A stretch of 64,000 nt of DNA from Leptolyngbyaceae cyanobacterium clean351 (lineage in GTDB: Bacteria; Cyanobacteriota; Cyanobacteriia; DAIDHW01): contig DAIDHW010000001.1 of NCBI GenBank assembly GCA_027451865.1, positions 905,530-969,529 of the forward strand, in the 5' to 3' direction. The notes under the pieces are model-generated. The model searched no databases. It was not told the origin of the DNA and saw only the letters and a list, made by a program, of their open reading frames with translations. Positions within the stretch are counted from its first letter, which is position 1; every line of letters starts with the position of its first letter. Shown here in pieces: positions 19,554-29,833 of this stretch. Both the position numbers and the translations under genes were made by a program.

Positions 19554-21648
19554 GTAGGCAGGCATCGTACAACTGCAGGTAATTCCAGTAGTTCCCAAAC
19601 ACCGCCTTGACGTAGCCTCGGGTCTCAGGGTAGGGGATCTGCTCAACAAACTGGTCCGGGTCCCCTAGGCCGTACTGGTGCACCCAATGGGTGACGTTAC
19701 CAGGCCCGGCATTGTAGCCGGCGACGGCCAACAGGGTGTTTTTATTCGCCCCCAGGTAGGCTTGCCAGAAGTACCAGGTCCCCAAGTGGAGATTATCGGC
19801 AGGGGTAGTTAGGGTATAGGAGGACAAGTGGATTTGAGCTGCTACCCAGGCAGCCGTGTTGGGCATAACTTGCATTAGACCCACCGCCCCCACCGGGGAG
19901 AGGATGGTCGCATCAAATCGGGATTCCTGGCGGATCAGGCCCATGACTAACAAGGGATTGAGCTGGTAGCGCCGCGCCCAACTCTCCACCTGGGTCAGGT
20001 AGGGTACTGGATAAATTCCATACCAGTAGGCTGGCTGCCGGCGCAGGAGGTCAACCTGGGCTAGGTGAATGGGGTCTTGCCGCTGGTCGAGGCTGGTGAG
20101 GGCATAAATTCCCCCTAGGTAATCTCCTGCCCCTACCCGCAGCAGTCCGTCGGTAAACTGCTCCGCTACCGACGGTTGACTAGGATCACTAAACTCCCCT
20201 TGCCAAAGGGCCCAGGCATCCCAGTCCTGGTGCAGGTGGTACAGTTCCTGGATCTCCCTAGAGACTTGGGGCAACGGCGAGCGCTCTAGGGGGGACTGAC
20301 AAGTTTGCTGTTGACAGGGGTGGAGGGTGTTGATGGTGGTAAAGTCTCCCCCTGGTAAGCCCAAAAGTGCTGCTGAGCGCCAAGCGTAGTAGGAGTGAGG
20401 GGACTGGTGGAGGACCTGCTGCCATAGCTGGCGGGCTTGGCGGTTTTTTCCCAGCTCCTGATACCAGCGGCCGGCCCAAAATCCGGCGGCGCCAGCCTCT
20501 GGACTGTGGGGGTTTTCCTGGAGGACCTGCCGGGCCCAGGCAAGGGCTCCGGGAAGATTCCCGCCCTGGTGCTCCTGCTGGGCTAGCTGCCAGCGCACTT
20601 GCGCCGCCGGCTCACTGGAGCTGTAGGTAGCCAATAGTTGGGCTCGAGCTTGGGCGGCAGCGGCTTTCTTGCCCGTTTTGGTGAACAGATCAATCTGGCT
20701 TTGGAGGGCGAGGGGAGCCTGGTTGGGAAACTGGTGGACAACCCGGTCTAGGTAGGTCTGGGCCTGGGGGGCAGAGCTCAGTTCCCCCAGATGCACTAGG
20801 GCTAGACCCGTTTCCTGGGCTTGGGGAAACTGTTGCACCAGTTGTAGGTAAGCAGATTGACTGGGGTGGCCGCCTAGTTGCAACCCGCGACCGTGCCGAT
20901 AAAGGTTTAAGGGGGTTGGCGCCGCTGAGGCGTAAGCAGCCCCGGCCTGGTCGTAGAGGCCTAAACTCCAGTAGCCAAAGGCTACTGTCTCCCATTCCGC
21001 TGGCTGCAGTTGCTGGCCGTAGGACTCCACTAATCGGTCTAGAACTGTGGTGATGTCGGGGAGGTAGAGGCCATAGCGCGCCAGCAGTAGCAACAGATGA
21101 GGCTGGTCAGGATTTTGGCGCAGCAGTTGACGGGCAATTTGAACGCTGCAGGGGTGGCTGGGAAACTGGGTCAGGGCCTGGTCCCACTGGGAATGGTCTA
21201 CTTGACCGAGGGTATAGAGAGCCTCAGCACTGGCGGGATGATTGGGGTAGTGGTCTAGAACTGCGTGCCAGGCGGCCAGGGCCTGGCGGGTATTTCCAGC
21301 CAGGGCGTAGGCTTGGGCTTGTTTAATAGCCACCTCCACTCCCAGGAGGGGGTAATTCTCCTCTAGCCCCTGCAGCCAGGGGAGGGCTTGCTTACCCTGG
21401 CCAGCAGCTAGGGCCTGGGTGGCCAAGAGAAAGCGCACTCGCGCGGCCTGGTTAGCACTCAAGTGGAGGATGTCAGACCGAGAGAGGATCTGCACTGCGG
21501 GGGGAGCAATGGGTTTAGGACACCCTAAAAGAGCCGTAGGGGGAGCCGGCTGCCAAAGAATTCTCAGTCCCCAAACCACTAACAACCCCAGGATCAGCAA
21601 TCCAGGGATAAATACCTGAGGCGCTCGGAGGCGTTTAAACCAAACCAT
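19513..21648 (-). CDS. soluble lytic murein transglycosylase-like protein (helical repeat domain + SLT domain)
   Basis: C-terminal SLT catalytic motif (GLIRQESRFDA...GAVGLMQVMP) after a long helical-repeat region; N-terminal signal/anchor. Confidence 0.75.
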   Translation of the reverse strand: MVWFKRLRAPQVFIPGLLILGLLVVWGLRILWQPAPPTALLGCPKPIAPPAVQILSRSDILHLSANQAARVRFLLATQALAAGQGKQALPWLQGLEENYPLLGVEVAIKQAQAYALAGNTRQALAAWHAVLDHYPNHPASAEALYTLGQVDHSQWDQALTQFPSHPCSVQIARQLLRQNPDQPHLLLLLARYGLYLPDITTVLDRLVESYGQQLQPAEWETVAFGYWSLGLYDQAGAAYASAAPTPLNLYRHGRGLQLGGHPSQSAYLQLVQQFPQAQETGLALVHLGELSSAPQAQTYLDRVVHQFPNQAPLALQSQIDLFTKTGKKAAAAQARAQLLATYSSSEPAAQVRWQLAQQEHQGGNLPGALAWARQVLQENPHSPEAGAAGFWAGRWYQELGKNRQARQLWQQVLHQSPHSYYAWRSAALLGLPGGDFTTINTLHPCQQQTCQSPLERSPLPQVSREIQELYHLHQDWDAWALWQGEFSDPSQPSVAEQFTDGLLRVGAGDYLGGIYALTSLDQRQDPIHLAQVDLLRRQPAYWYGIYPVPYLTQVESWARRYQLNPLLVMGLIRQESRFDATILSPVGAVGLMQVMPNTAAWVAAQIHLSSYTLTTPADNLHLGTWYFWQAYLGANKNTLLAVAGYNAGPGNVTHWVHQYGLGDPDQFVEQIPYPETRGYVKAVFGNYWNYLQLYDACLLKPLERGGLKNNC

Positions 21649-21742
21649 AGGCTATGGGGAGAATGAAGGCGCTAAATCAGAAACAAGATATCTTAAGGTA
21701 TGGGTTAGCCATGGCATTGGTATTGAATCCGTAACGGTCTAA

Positions 21743-22885
21743 ATGATCAAAGTATTGGTGATCGACGACGACCCGATCGTACAATTGATCCTCAGTCGGG
21801 CTTTACGTAAGCAGGGCTACGAGGTTTCCATGGCCAGCAACGGGCAAGAGGGACTACTCAAGGCCCGCCAACTCCAACCAGCCCTAGTGATCTGTGACTG
21901 GATGATGCCGGTGATGGATGGTCTGCAGGTATGCCGGCAGATTAAGTCTGACCCCAAACTGTTGACGACCTTCTTTATCTTAGTGACAGCCCGGGGGGCC
22001 GTAGAAGACCGGGTCAGGGGTCTAGACACCGGTGCTGACGACTTTCTTTCCAAACCTATTGAGTTGGTCGAGTTGTGGGCTCGAGTCCGGGCGGGACTGC
22101 GGCTGCACCAGGTTAACCAGGCTCTGCAGGACCAAAAGCAAATTCTGGAAGCGGAACTATCGGAGGCGGCCGACTACGTACGCTCGCTCCTGCCGCATCC
22201 CCTAAAAGGCGAGGTGGAGATTGATACCCGGTTTATTCCTTCCAAACAGCTAGGAGGGGATTGCTTTGATTTTTACTGGCTTAATCCCGATGAGCTAGTT
22301 TTCTACCTCCTTGACGTCTCGGGCCATGGGGTTGGTTCAGCCCTATTATCGGTTTCAGTCCTGAATCTACTACGCTCCCGCGGTCTGCAGGCGGTTTCCT
22401 TTACCAGTCCCGCCAGTGTCCTGACCGCCCTGAACGACACATTTCAGATGTCCCAACATAAGGATTTATACTTCACCATCTGGTACGGAGTCTATCACCG
22501 CCAGAGCCGGGAGCTGGTGTACGCTAGTGCTGGCCACCCCCCGGCGGTTTTTACTACTCCCCAACAAACCGTCTCTCTCAAAACTATTGGCCCCCCCATT
22601 GGCATGCTGTCGGACATCCAGTTTTTCGAAGATGTCTTCCGGATACCGGGTCCGGGTAGCCTCTATGTGTTCAGTGATGGAATTTACGAAATCAATCAGT
22701 CCGACGGCCACGTTTGGGGCCTTAAGGCCTTCACTGAGCTTTTGGCACAGCAAGCCGTGTGTCAAGGCTCTAATCTTAAGCAAATCCTCTACCGCCTGCG
22801 CACGGTCGGTAATCAAACCTCCTTTGGTGACGACATCTCAATTCTGCAGATTAATTTCCCGGGGAGTCTCCCAAGTTTAGGCTAG
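21743..22885 (+). CDS. response regulator with PP2C-type (SpoIIE/RsbU-like) phosphatase output domain
   Basis: Receiver domain (VLVIDDD, LVICDWMMPVMDG, KP) followed by PP2C/SpoIIE-like region (FYLLDVSGHGVGSALLS). Confidence 0.8.
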   Translation: MIKVLVIDDDPIVQLILSRALRKQGYEVSMASNGQEGLLKARQLQPALVICDWMMPVMDGLQVCRQIKSDPKLLTTFFILVTARGAVEDRVRGLDTGADDFLSKPIELVELWARVRAGLRLHQVNQALQDQKQILEAELSEAADYVRSLLPHPLKGEVEIDTRFIPSKQLGGDCFDFYWLNPDELVFYLLDVSGHGVGSALLSVSVLNLLRSRGLQAVSFTSPASVLTALNDTFQMSQHKDLYFTIWYGVYHRQSRELVYASAGHPPAVFTTPQQTVSLKTIGPPIGMLSDIQFFEDVFRIPGPGSLYVFSDGIYEINQSDGHVWGLKAFTELLAQQAVCQGSNLKQILYRLRTVGNQTSFGDDISILQINFPGSLPSLG

Positions 22886-22934
22886 AGTAAAGTTATCTTT
22901 ACTTAACAGCTTTCTGCTCAGGAGTCACACCCCC

Positions 22935-24467
22935 ATGACTGCTCCCCATCAGGCCTTCAGTGTTGACTCAGATTTAGGGGAGAAGCCGGAGGAGGCTTGC
23001 GGCGTGTTTGGCATCCGAGCCCCCGGAGAACCGGTGGCTAAACTAGCCTACTTTGGCTTGTTTGCTCTCCAACACCGCGGTCAAGAGTCCGCTGGTATTG
23101 CCACCTTTACCGGGCAAGAAGTGAGCCTGCATAAGGATATGGGTTTAGTCTCCCAGGTGTTTACGGAGCGGATCTTGCAAGCTCTGACCGGGGAGCAGGC
23201 CGTAGGTCACACCCGCTACTCTACCACCGGCTCTAGCCGGGTGGTTAATGCCCAGCCGGTAGTGGTCAACACTAATTTGGGCCCCCTAGCCTTAGCCCAC
23301 AACGGTAACTTGGTTAATACCCAACAGCTCCATGAGGAGTTACGTCAAAGTTCAGAGTACCAGTATCCTGCCACCGCCAGTACCGACTCGGAGCTGATGG
23401 CCTTGGCCATGGCGCAGGAGATCGACCAGGGGGAGGATTGGGTGCCAGGAGTAGTCAAGGCCTTGGGCCGCTACCAGGGAGCCTTTAGTCTAGTGGTCGG
23501 TACCCCAGAGGGGATGATGGGTATTCGCGACCCCCACGGAATTCGGCCCCTCGTAATTGGTACTCTGCCAAACTCCCAGTTTGTCCTCGCCTCGGAAACC
23601 TGCGCCCTCGATATCATTGGTGCTACCTACCTGCGGCAAGTGGAACCAGGGGAGTTGGTATGGATTACTGACCAAGGCTTGGTCTCCCACCGCTGGTCAC
23701 CAGTGGTGCAGCCTCGACTTTGCATATTTGAGATGATCTACTTCGCCCGGCCTGATAGCATCATGCTACCGGAAGAAAGCCTCTACAGCTATCGTCAGCG
23801 CCTCGGGGAGCAGTTGGCTCGGGAAGCCTCGGTAGCCGCTGATTGGGTGATAGGGGTCCCGGACTCGGGGATTCCAGCGGCAATTGGGTTTAGCCGCGTC
23901 TCAGGGATCCCCTACGCGGAGGGATTGGTCAAAAACCGCTACGTGGGCCGCACCTTCATCCAACCAACCCAGAGCATGCGGGAGGCGGGGATCCGTATGA
24001 AGCTCAATCCTCTCAAGGACGTGCTGACCGGCCGGCGGGTGATAATCGTCGATGACTCCATCGTCCGGGGCACTACTAGCCGTAAGATAGTGGCCACCCT
24101 GCGCCAAGCAGGAGCCGCCGAGGTGCACATGCGCATCTCCTCTCCACCCGTCACCCACCCCTGCTTCTACGGCATTGATACCGATAGTCAGGACCAGTTG
24201 ATCGCCGCCACCTGTTCCATCGAGACTATTCAGGCTCAGCTAGAGGTAGACTCTCTAGCCTACCTGAGCCGAGAGGGAATGCTCAAGGCTACCGGTAAGG
24301 ACCAAAACGGTTTTTGTACCGCCTGTTTTGATGGCAGGTATCCCGTAACCATTCCGAAGCAGCTGCAGGGAGCTAAATTGCGCCTTGAAGCCAAAATTGC
24401 TCCCGAAGGACCAGGAAGAACCCCGAGGGACCCCCGGTACGCTCCGGAATTGGCCACCGCCGACTAG
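22935..24467 (+). CDS. purF: amidophosphoribosyltransferase
   Basis: N-terminal nucleophile CGVFGI after a short propeptide; PRTase motif (VIIVDDSIVRGTT); C-terminal Cys cluster. Confidence 0.9.
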   Translation: MTAPHQAFSVDSDLGEKPEEACGVFGIRAPGEPVAKLAYFGLFALQHRGQESAGIATFTGQEVSLHKDMGLVSQVFTERILQALTGEQAVGHTRYSTTGSSRVVNAQPVVVNTNLGPLALAHNGNLVNTQQLHEELRQSSEYQYPATASTDSELMALAMAQEIDQGEDWVPGVVKALGRYQGAFSLVVGTPEGMMGIRDPHGIRPLVIGTLPNSQFVLASETCALDIIGATYLRQVEPGELVWITDQGLVSHRWSPVVQPRLCIFEMIYFARPDSIMLPEESLYSYRQRLGEQLAREASVAADWVIGVPDSGIPAAIGFSRVSGIPYAEGLVKNRYVGRTFIQPTQSMREAGIRMKLNPLKDVLTGRRVIIVDDSIVRGTTSRKIVATLRQAGAAEVHMRISSPPVTHPCFYGIDTDSQDQLIAATCSIETIQAQLEVDSLAYLSREGMLKATGKDQNGFCTACFDGRYPVTIPKQLQGAKLRLEAKIAPEGPGRTPRDPRYAPELATAD

Positions 24468-24551
24468 GGCAAACGTGTAGAATAGTTCGGTCATGATACC
24501 CGCCGGACCCCCGGTAGCTAGGACAAACCCACTATCTGAAATCTATTACCC

Positions 24552-24674
24552 ATGAACGTTAAACTTGTGCTGGTCGGCCTGACTGTGGTTTTTTCCCTGG
24601 CCACTCTCTTTTTCGGCACCCGCAACGGCTTCTACGATACAGATAAGTACCACGGTAATGGCTCTGCTCACTAG
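24552..24674 (+). CDS. small single-pass membrane protein (40 aa), not in the ORF track
   Basis: ATG-initiated MNVKLVLVGLTVVFSLATLFFGTRNGFYDTDKYHGNGSAH; one hydrophobic helix then GTRNGF, loosely reminiscent of the PetN C-terminus (WGRNG). Confidence 0.3.
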   Translation: MNVKLVLVGLTVVFSLATLFFGTRNGFYDTDKYHGNGSAH

Positions 24675-24719
24675 GTCTGGGCAGAAGCTCCCTATTCCCT
24701 CACCCATCGGATCCCCAGT

Positions 24720-24992
24720 ATGACTATGCCTGCCCCTAACACTCCCCTCTACAGTCACCCCCTGCCCGTCATCGAGGAGTGGCTGCTAGCCCAAGGGTGC
24801 CAACAGGACCGGGAAGGTCTACACTGCTGGCACGTTCAGCGGCCGGGTTGGCAAGCTGAACTAGTTCTGGACATTGAACAAGTATCAGTCCGCTACCTGG
24901 GGGCCGGGGTGGGAGGACGGGACATCACCCGTTCCTTCAAGTACTCCCTCACCCGGGAGGATGTGGAAAACGCCGTGTTTTCCGGCCCCTAA
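24720..24992 (+). CDS. hypothetical protein
   Basis: 90-aa ORF with protein-like composition; no recognisable motif. Confidence 0.4.
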   Translation: MTMPAPNTPLYSHPLPVIEEWLLAQGCQQDREGLHCWHVQRPGWQAELVLDIEQVSVRYLGAGVGGRDITRSFKYSLTREDVENAVFSGP

Positions 24993-25000
24993 GGATCTTC

Positions 25001-26305
25001 CTAGTTATTCAAGTTTAAAAGGGCCCGCGCCACGCTCTTAACGTCTGGGTAGCGCCGGTCCCAACTGGGATGGGTGAGGTTGTAGACTACTGTAGCCATG
25101 CCAGAACTGATTCCAGGTACCGTGTCTACCGCTAACCGGAGCTCCCGGTCGGCAAACTTATAGAATAGGCTGGGCTGCTGACCGGTAAGCAAATAGACTA
25201 GGGTTGGTCCGAGGGAGTACAGGTCGGAGGCAGGCAGGGGGTTACCTTCCTGTTGTTCGGGAGCCATATAGGCGGGTAGACCAACCTGGGTACCGGTTAG
25301 AGTGGTTGAAACTCCCCCCTGTAACCCTACTAGGGCAACCTCTTGGCCCTCCGGAGGATTGGCGCGTAAGATAATATTGGCAGGGCGGATATCTTGGTGC
25401 AAAACCGGCGGGGATTGGCTGTGTAGGTAGTCGATGATTTCGCACACCCGCAGCATCAACCACACCACCTGGGGTTCAGACCACCTACCCTTTTGGGCCA
25501 CTAACTTTTCCAGGTCATGGCCGTAGACCATCTCCCGCAATAGGTAGGGCTGTTTGTCCGCCCAAAAATAGTCGTGCAGATGGGCAATCCCCCAGTGGTT
25601 CAACCCCTGGAGAATCCTCGCCTCCTGCTCAAGGATGGCTTGGGCGCGGGGGTCATCTGACCATTCGGCGTTGAGGGTTTTGAGCACCCTGCTCTGACCG
25701 TTGAGCCATACTAGGTAGTTGACATTAAGGCTACTGCGCATCAAGGTCTTGAGCACCTGATGGTTAGCAATGGTCTGGCGGGGTTCGAGGGGCTGGCCAC
25801 AGTTGAGGCAGAAACTCAATACATCCCGCCCTGGTAGGTGGTCACAAACCCAAGCTGGAACCTGAGTCTGAAGGAGGGATGGGGAAATTCTAGGGGAGGG
25901 GGCCGGGGTAACCGGGGGAGCTAACTCTGGCTCAGTGCGGTGAACTTCCGAGGGGCGGGGCGGCGGGGCGGGAGTCTGAGTTTCCGCCGCCGGTTTAGAG
26001 CCCTGGGGATTCAAGGAGATTTGCATGCTCGGTCCTGAACGAGCCAGTCTGATTACCATGCCGTCGGTTACTGCCAAGGAGTGGATTTGCTCTCCCTCCA
26101 CGTAGGTACCGTTGGCTCCCAAGTTGACTACCTCCCAGCCCTCCCCCATCCGCCTGACTTCCACATGGGAGCGCGAGACCACAGCACTGTACAGGACCAC
26201 ATGGTTATGGTCAGAGCGACCGATTCGGATCACCGACTCATCGGTAAAGGTCCAATTCTGAACTGGGGTATTCTTCAGGGGGTGTAACAGAGTTAGGGTA
26301 ATCAC
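25001..26305 (-). CDS. FHA domain / zinc-ribbon / protein-kinase-like (probable pseudokinase) protein
   Basis: N-terminal FHA motifs (IRIGRS...SRSHVEV...NGTYVEGE), Pro-rich linker, Cys cluster (CDHL...CLNCG), then kinase-like fold with HQDIRPAN in place of HRDxKxxN, no GxGxxG loop, no DFG, but APE retained. Confidence 0.7.
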   Translation of the reverse strand: MITLTLLHPLKNTPVQNWTFTDESVIRIGRSDHNHVVLYSAVVSRSHVEVRRMGEGWEVVNLGANGTYVEGEQIHSLAVTDGMVIRLARSGPSMQISLNPQGSKPAAETQTPAPPPRPSEVHRTEPELAPPVTPAPSPRISPSLLQTQVPAWVCDHLPGRDVLSFCLNCGQPLEPRQTIANHQVLKTLMRSSLNVNYLVWLNGQSRVLKTLNAEWSDDPRAQAILEQEARILQGLNHWGIAHLHDYFWADKQPYLLREMVYGHDLEKLVAQKGRWSEPQVVWLMLRVCEIIDYLHSQSPPVLHQDIRPANIILRANPPEGQEVALVGLQGGVSTTLTGTQVGLPAYMAPEQQEGNPLPASDLYSLGPTLVYLLTGQQPSLFYKFADRELRLAVDTVPGISSGMATVVYNLTHPSWDRRYPDVKSVARALLNLNN

Positions 26306-26310
26306 GTCAT

Positions 26311-26943
26311 CTAGGGGAGTTGAAATAGAAAGGTGACTAAACTACCCTTGCCCAGGGCAATACAGTCCCCCGAACGGAGGCGATGACGGTTTCCAGGTAG
26401 GAGAGGCAGACCATTAATATAGGTGCCATTGGCACTCCCTGAATCCTCCAGGAAATAAGCATCACCTTCAACCCGGATGTCAGCGTGGACTCGGGAGACT
26501 ACTTCCGAGTGGGGAAAGCCAGAGACATCAATGTCTGGCGGAATACGATCGTTGGGCTTGCCAATATGAATTACGTCTAGGCCTGAGGGCAGCTCGATAG
26601 TGGTGTTGGTTTGGACATGGCACAGACGCGCCGTCCCCATCTGCAGTTGGGTTTTCTCAATGTGAGTCGGCTCGTGGGGAGCGGGGAAGGCCTGGGAAAG
26701 AGTCTCCCGGGGGTCAACCACAGGGGGTTCCGCCGGAGGGGCTGGGGTGGCAGGTACCGACACCGGAGAGGGCATAGCCGGGGGCTGCAGATTAGCCCCA
26801 CACTGGCCACAGAAGCGAGCATCAGTCTGGACTGGGGCTTGACATTGGGGACAGGTGGCTAAGGCGGGCAACGGGGCATAACACTGTTCGCACTGTACTG
26901 CCCCCTCAGGATTTTCGTGATTGCAACTATTGCAAATGGTCAT
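26311..26943 (-). CDS. zinc-ribbon / Pro-rich / FHA domain protein (FraH-like architecture)
   Basis: N-terminal double Cys-pair zinc ribbon (CNSCNHE...CEQC...CPQC...CGQCG), Pro-rich linker, C-terminal FHA domain (SRVHADI...SANGTYING); 5 bp downstream gap to the preceding gene. Confidence 0.7.
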   Translation of the reverse strand: MTICNSCNHENPEGAVQCEQCYAPLPALATCPQCQAPVQTDARFCGQCGANLQPPAMPSPVSVPATPAPPAEPPVVDPRETLSQAFPAPHEPTHIEKTQLQMGTARLCHVQTNTTIELPSGLDVIHIGKPNDRIPPDIDVSGFPHSEVVSRVHADIRVEGDAYFLEDSGSANGTYINGLPLLPGNRHRLRSGDCIALGKGSLVTFLFQLP

Positions 26944-27172
26944 TACGGGTTGCCAATGGTAAATTCACTGCTATCATGCTTGGGCGGGGGCGGGGCAGAA
27001 AATTAAAGGGGAAATACCATTGTCCTACGGCCTAGGTTGGAGAGCCTGAGACTTAGGAGGCAAGATAGACTTCCGGTATTATTTTAAGGCCCCTGTCCCA
27101 GGAAGATCATACGGGACTCACCCCTGGTCTTGTCTATAAGTTCATCAAAACATTAAGTATCTTCGTCTTCCC

Positions 27173-29818
27173 TCAGTAAAAGTCATCGTTTCCCGACTGT
27201 TGCTCAAAGATCTGGAGCTGCTCAGGGGGACAGACCGGTTCCTGAGGGTCGCCAGAGGGCACAATTCTCCGTAATCCTACGGAAATCTTACTGTGTCTCT
27301 CGATTTGGCGCAGGACCTGGCGGGCCCGACTAATTACCTGGGGAGGTAACCCGGCTAGGCGTCCGGCCTCAATACCGTAGGAACGTTGGGCCCCTCCGGG
27401 CTGGACTCGGTGGAGAAAGACAATTTGGTCTGGGAGCTCCTGAACGGTGACCTGATAATTGGCGACCGTGGGTAGGAGGTTGGTCAGCTCATTCAACTCG
27501 TGGTAATGGGTGGCAAAGATTGTACGGGCCTGAATAGTCAGAGCCAGGTGCTCCGCCACAGCCCAGGCAATAGAGAGCCCATCAAAGGTAGCGGTGCCCC
27601 GGCCAATCTCGTCTAGAAGCACCAGGGATTGGGCAGTGGCGTGGTTGAGAATATTGGCGGTTTCGTTCATTTCCACCATGAAGGTAGATTGGCCGGTAGC
27701 TAGGTCATCCACCGCCCCCACTCGGGTAAAAATTCGGTCGCAGATGCCTAGGGTGGCACTCTGGGCCGGCACAAAGCTGCCTACCTGGGCCAGCAGTTGG
27801 ATCAGTCCGACCTGGCGTAGGTAGCAACTCTTACCACTGGCGTTGGGACCGGTCAGGACAATTAGATTAGGCTGCTCACCGAGGTACGTGGAGTTGGGGA
27901 CGAACAAACCCGCTGGTAAAGTCTGCTCCACCACCGGGTGGCGGCCAGCCTGCAAATTTATTTCCCGACCCGGCACCAGACGGGGGCGGCAATAGTCCTG
28001 GGCTAGGGCTAGTTCGGCTAGGGCACAGAGCACATCCACTGCTGCCACGGCCTGGGCTGTGTCTCGGATCAAGTCTGCCTGGTCGGCTGCTTCCTGGCGC
28101 AGGGCCGTGAAGATCTCGTACTCTAGCTGTTGAATATCAGCCTGAGCCGTAAAAATGCGCGCCTCCCGTTCCTTTAGGTCGGGGGTAATGTAGCGCTCCT
28201 CCTGGGTGAGGGTTTGCTTACGAATGTAGTCAGTCGGCACCTGGGAGGCCTTGGTCCTAGACACACTGATGTAGTAGCCAAAGGCCTTGGTAAAGTTGAC
28301 CTTAAGGGTGCTGATGCCGGTGCGCTGACGCTCTCGCACCTCTAGATCGGCAATCCACTGCTGGTCTTCAACTACCTGGCGGCGTTTCTCGTCTAACTGC
28401 GGGTGCACCCCCGGGCGGATCAGGTTGCCCTCCTTCAGGTGCAGGGGGGGGCTTTCTACCAGGTGAGCCCTCAGGCGCTCCCCTAGGTGAGTCAGAGCAG
28501 GGGGGACCTGCTGAAGGGCCTGGAGGTAGGTAGTCTCTGCCCCCTGGACTAGGCTAGCCAGGTTAGATAGCCTGATGAGGGAGCTGGCTAGGCCTACTAG
28601 GTCCCGGCCGTTAGCGGTACCCGACCCGGCCCGGCCCGCCAAGCGCTCTAGATCGTAGATCTGAGTAAGCTGCTGCTGAAGACTCTGGCGCCGGGAGTTG
28701 TCAGCGATCAGTTCAGCGATAGTCGCCTGACGAGCTTCAATCGCCGGGATCGCCAGGAGGGGTTGTAGTAACCACCGGCGCAGAGCTCGGCCCCCCATGG
28801 CGGTCACAGTCTTGTCCAAAGCCCAGAGGAGAGAACCGGAAAAACTGCCATCCCGGACTGTCTGGGTGATCTCCAGGTTGCGCCGGGTTTGGTAATCCAG
28901 GATCAGATAGTCCGTGAGGATGTAGGTGCGGGGTAATTGTAGAGGGACTTGAGTTTGCCGCTGGGTGTCCTGGAGGTAGTTGAGTAGCCCCCCCGCCGCC
29001 CGCACCGCTAGGGGCAGATGTCCACAGCCAATCCCCTCCAGGGAGCGCAGCTGAAATCGGCTCAGGACCTGGTCGCGGGCTCGCGGTAACCGGAATTCCT
29101 CCTGGGGACGCAGGGTGTAGCAAAACTGACTAGGCAGGCAAGGGAGGAGGTGGTCTGTACCTTCCCCGGGCCGCCACAACCCCACTAGGTCCGGAGTCGG
29201 ACTAGGGAAAAGTACCTCAGCAGGCTGTAGACGAGTTAACTCTCCCGTTAAACCATCAAGGAGGTCAGCCTGGGTGGCCCAAAACTCCCCAGTGGAAATG
29301 TCCGCGTAGGCTAGCCCCCAGTGGTTACCAGTAATCACCACTGCCGCGAGGAAGTTATTTCGGCGAGCGGGCAACATCCCCTCAGCTAACACCGTCCCCG
29401 GGGTCACTACCCGCATTACTTCCCGTTTCACTAATCCCTGAGCTAGGGCTGGGTCTTCCGCTTGGTCGCAAACGGCTACAGCGTAACCGCGCTCTACCAG
29501 TAGACTGCAGTAGCGGTCTAGGGCGTGGTGCGGCACCCCGGCTAGGGGCACTTGACCAACTTCCTCACCAGCGTGCTTGCCAGTCAGGGTCAGCTCCAAC
29601 TCCCGAGCGATAGTGACTGCGTCTTGAAAGAAGGTTTCGAAGAAATCCCCCACCCGGTAAAACAAGATCGCTTGGGGGTGCTGGTCCTTAGTCTCCACGT
29701 AGTGACGCATCATCGGTGTCAAGTCTTGCCGGTTGACAGACCGATGGTCGGCGTAGCGCACTGTGTGTTTGGCCAGTCGGGGCGGGAGGTCCGGGGGAGG
29801 AGCAGTCATGGTAGCCAT
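27173..29818 (-). CDS. mutS: DNA mismatch repair protein MutS
   Basis: MutS N-terminal mismatch-binding region (TPMMRHY...[15 protein letters not shown]) and Walker A ([10 protein letters not shown]). Confidence 0.9.
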   Translation of the reverse strand: MATMTAPPPDLPPRLAKHTVRYADHRSVNRQDLTPMMRHYVETKDQHPQAILFYRVGDFFETFFQDAVTIARELELTLTGKHAGEEVGQVPLAGVPHHALDRYCSLLVERGYAVAVCDQAEDPALAQGLVKREVMRVVTPGTVLAEGMLPARRNNFLAAVVITGNHWGLAYADISTGEFWATQADLLDGLTGELTRLQPAEVLFPSPTPDLVGLWRPGEGTDHLLPCLPSQFCYTLRPQEEFRLPRARDQVLSRFQLRSLEGIGCGHLPLAVRAAGGLLNYLQDTQRQTQVPLQLPRTYILTDYLILDYQTRRNLEITQTVRDGSFSGSLLWALDKTVTAMGGRALRRWLLQPLLAIPAIEARQATIAELIADNSRRQSLQQQLTQIYDLERLAGRAGSGTANGRDLVGLASSLIRLSNLASLVQGAETTYLQALQQVPPALTHLGERLRAHLVESPPLHLKEGNLIRPGVHPQLDEKRRQVVEDQQWIADLEVRERQRTGISTLKVNFTKAFGYYISVSRTKASQVPTDYIRKQTLTQEERYITPDLKEREARIFTAQADIQQLEYEIFTALRQEAADQADLIRDTAQAVAAVDVLCALAELALAQDYCRPRLVPGREINLQAGRHPVVEQTLPAGLFVPNSTYLGEQPNLIVLTGPNASGKSCYLRQVGLIQLLAQVGSFVPAQSATLGICDRIFTRVGAVDDLATGQSTFMVEMNETANILNHATAQSLVLLDEIGRGTATFDGLSIAWAVAEHLALTIQARTIFATHYHELNELTNLLPTVANYQVTVQELPDQIVFLHRVQPGGAQRSYGIEAGRLAGLPPQVISRARQVLRQIERHSKISVGLRRIVPSGDPQEPVCPPEQLQIFEQQSGNDDFY

Positions 29819-29833
29819 TCTACCAAAAGACCC

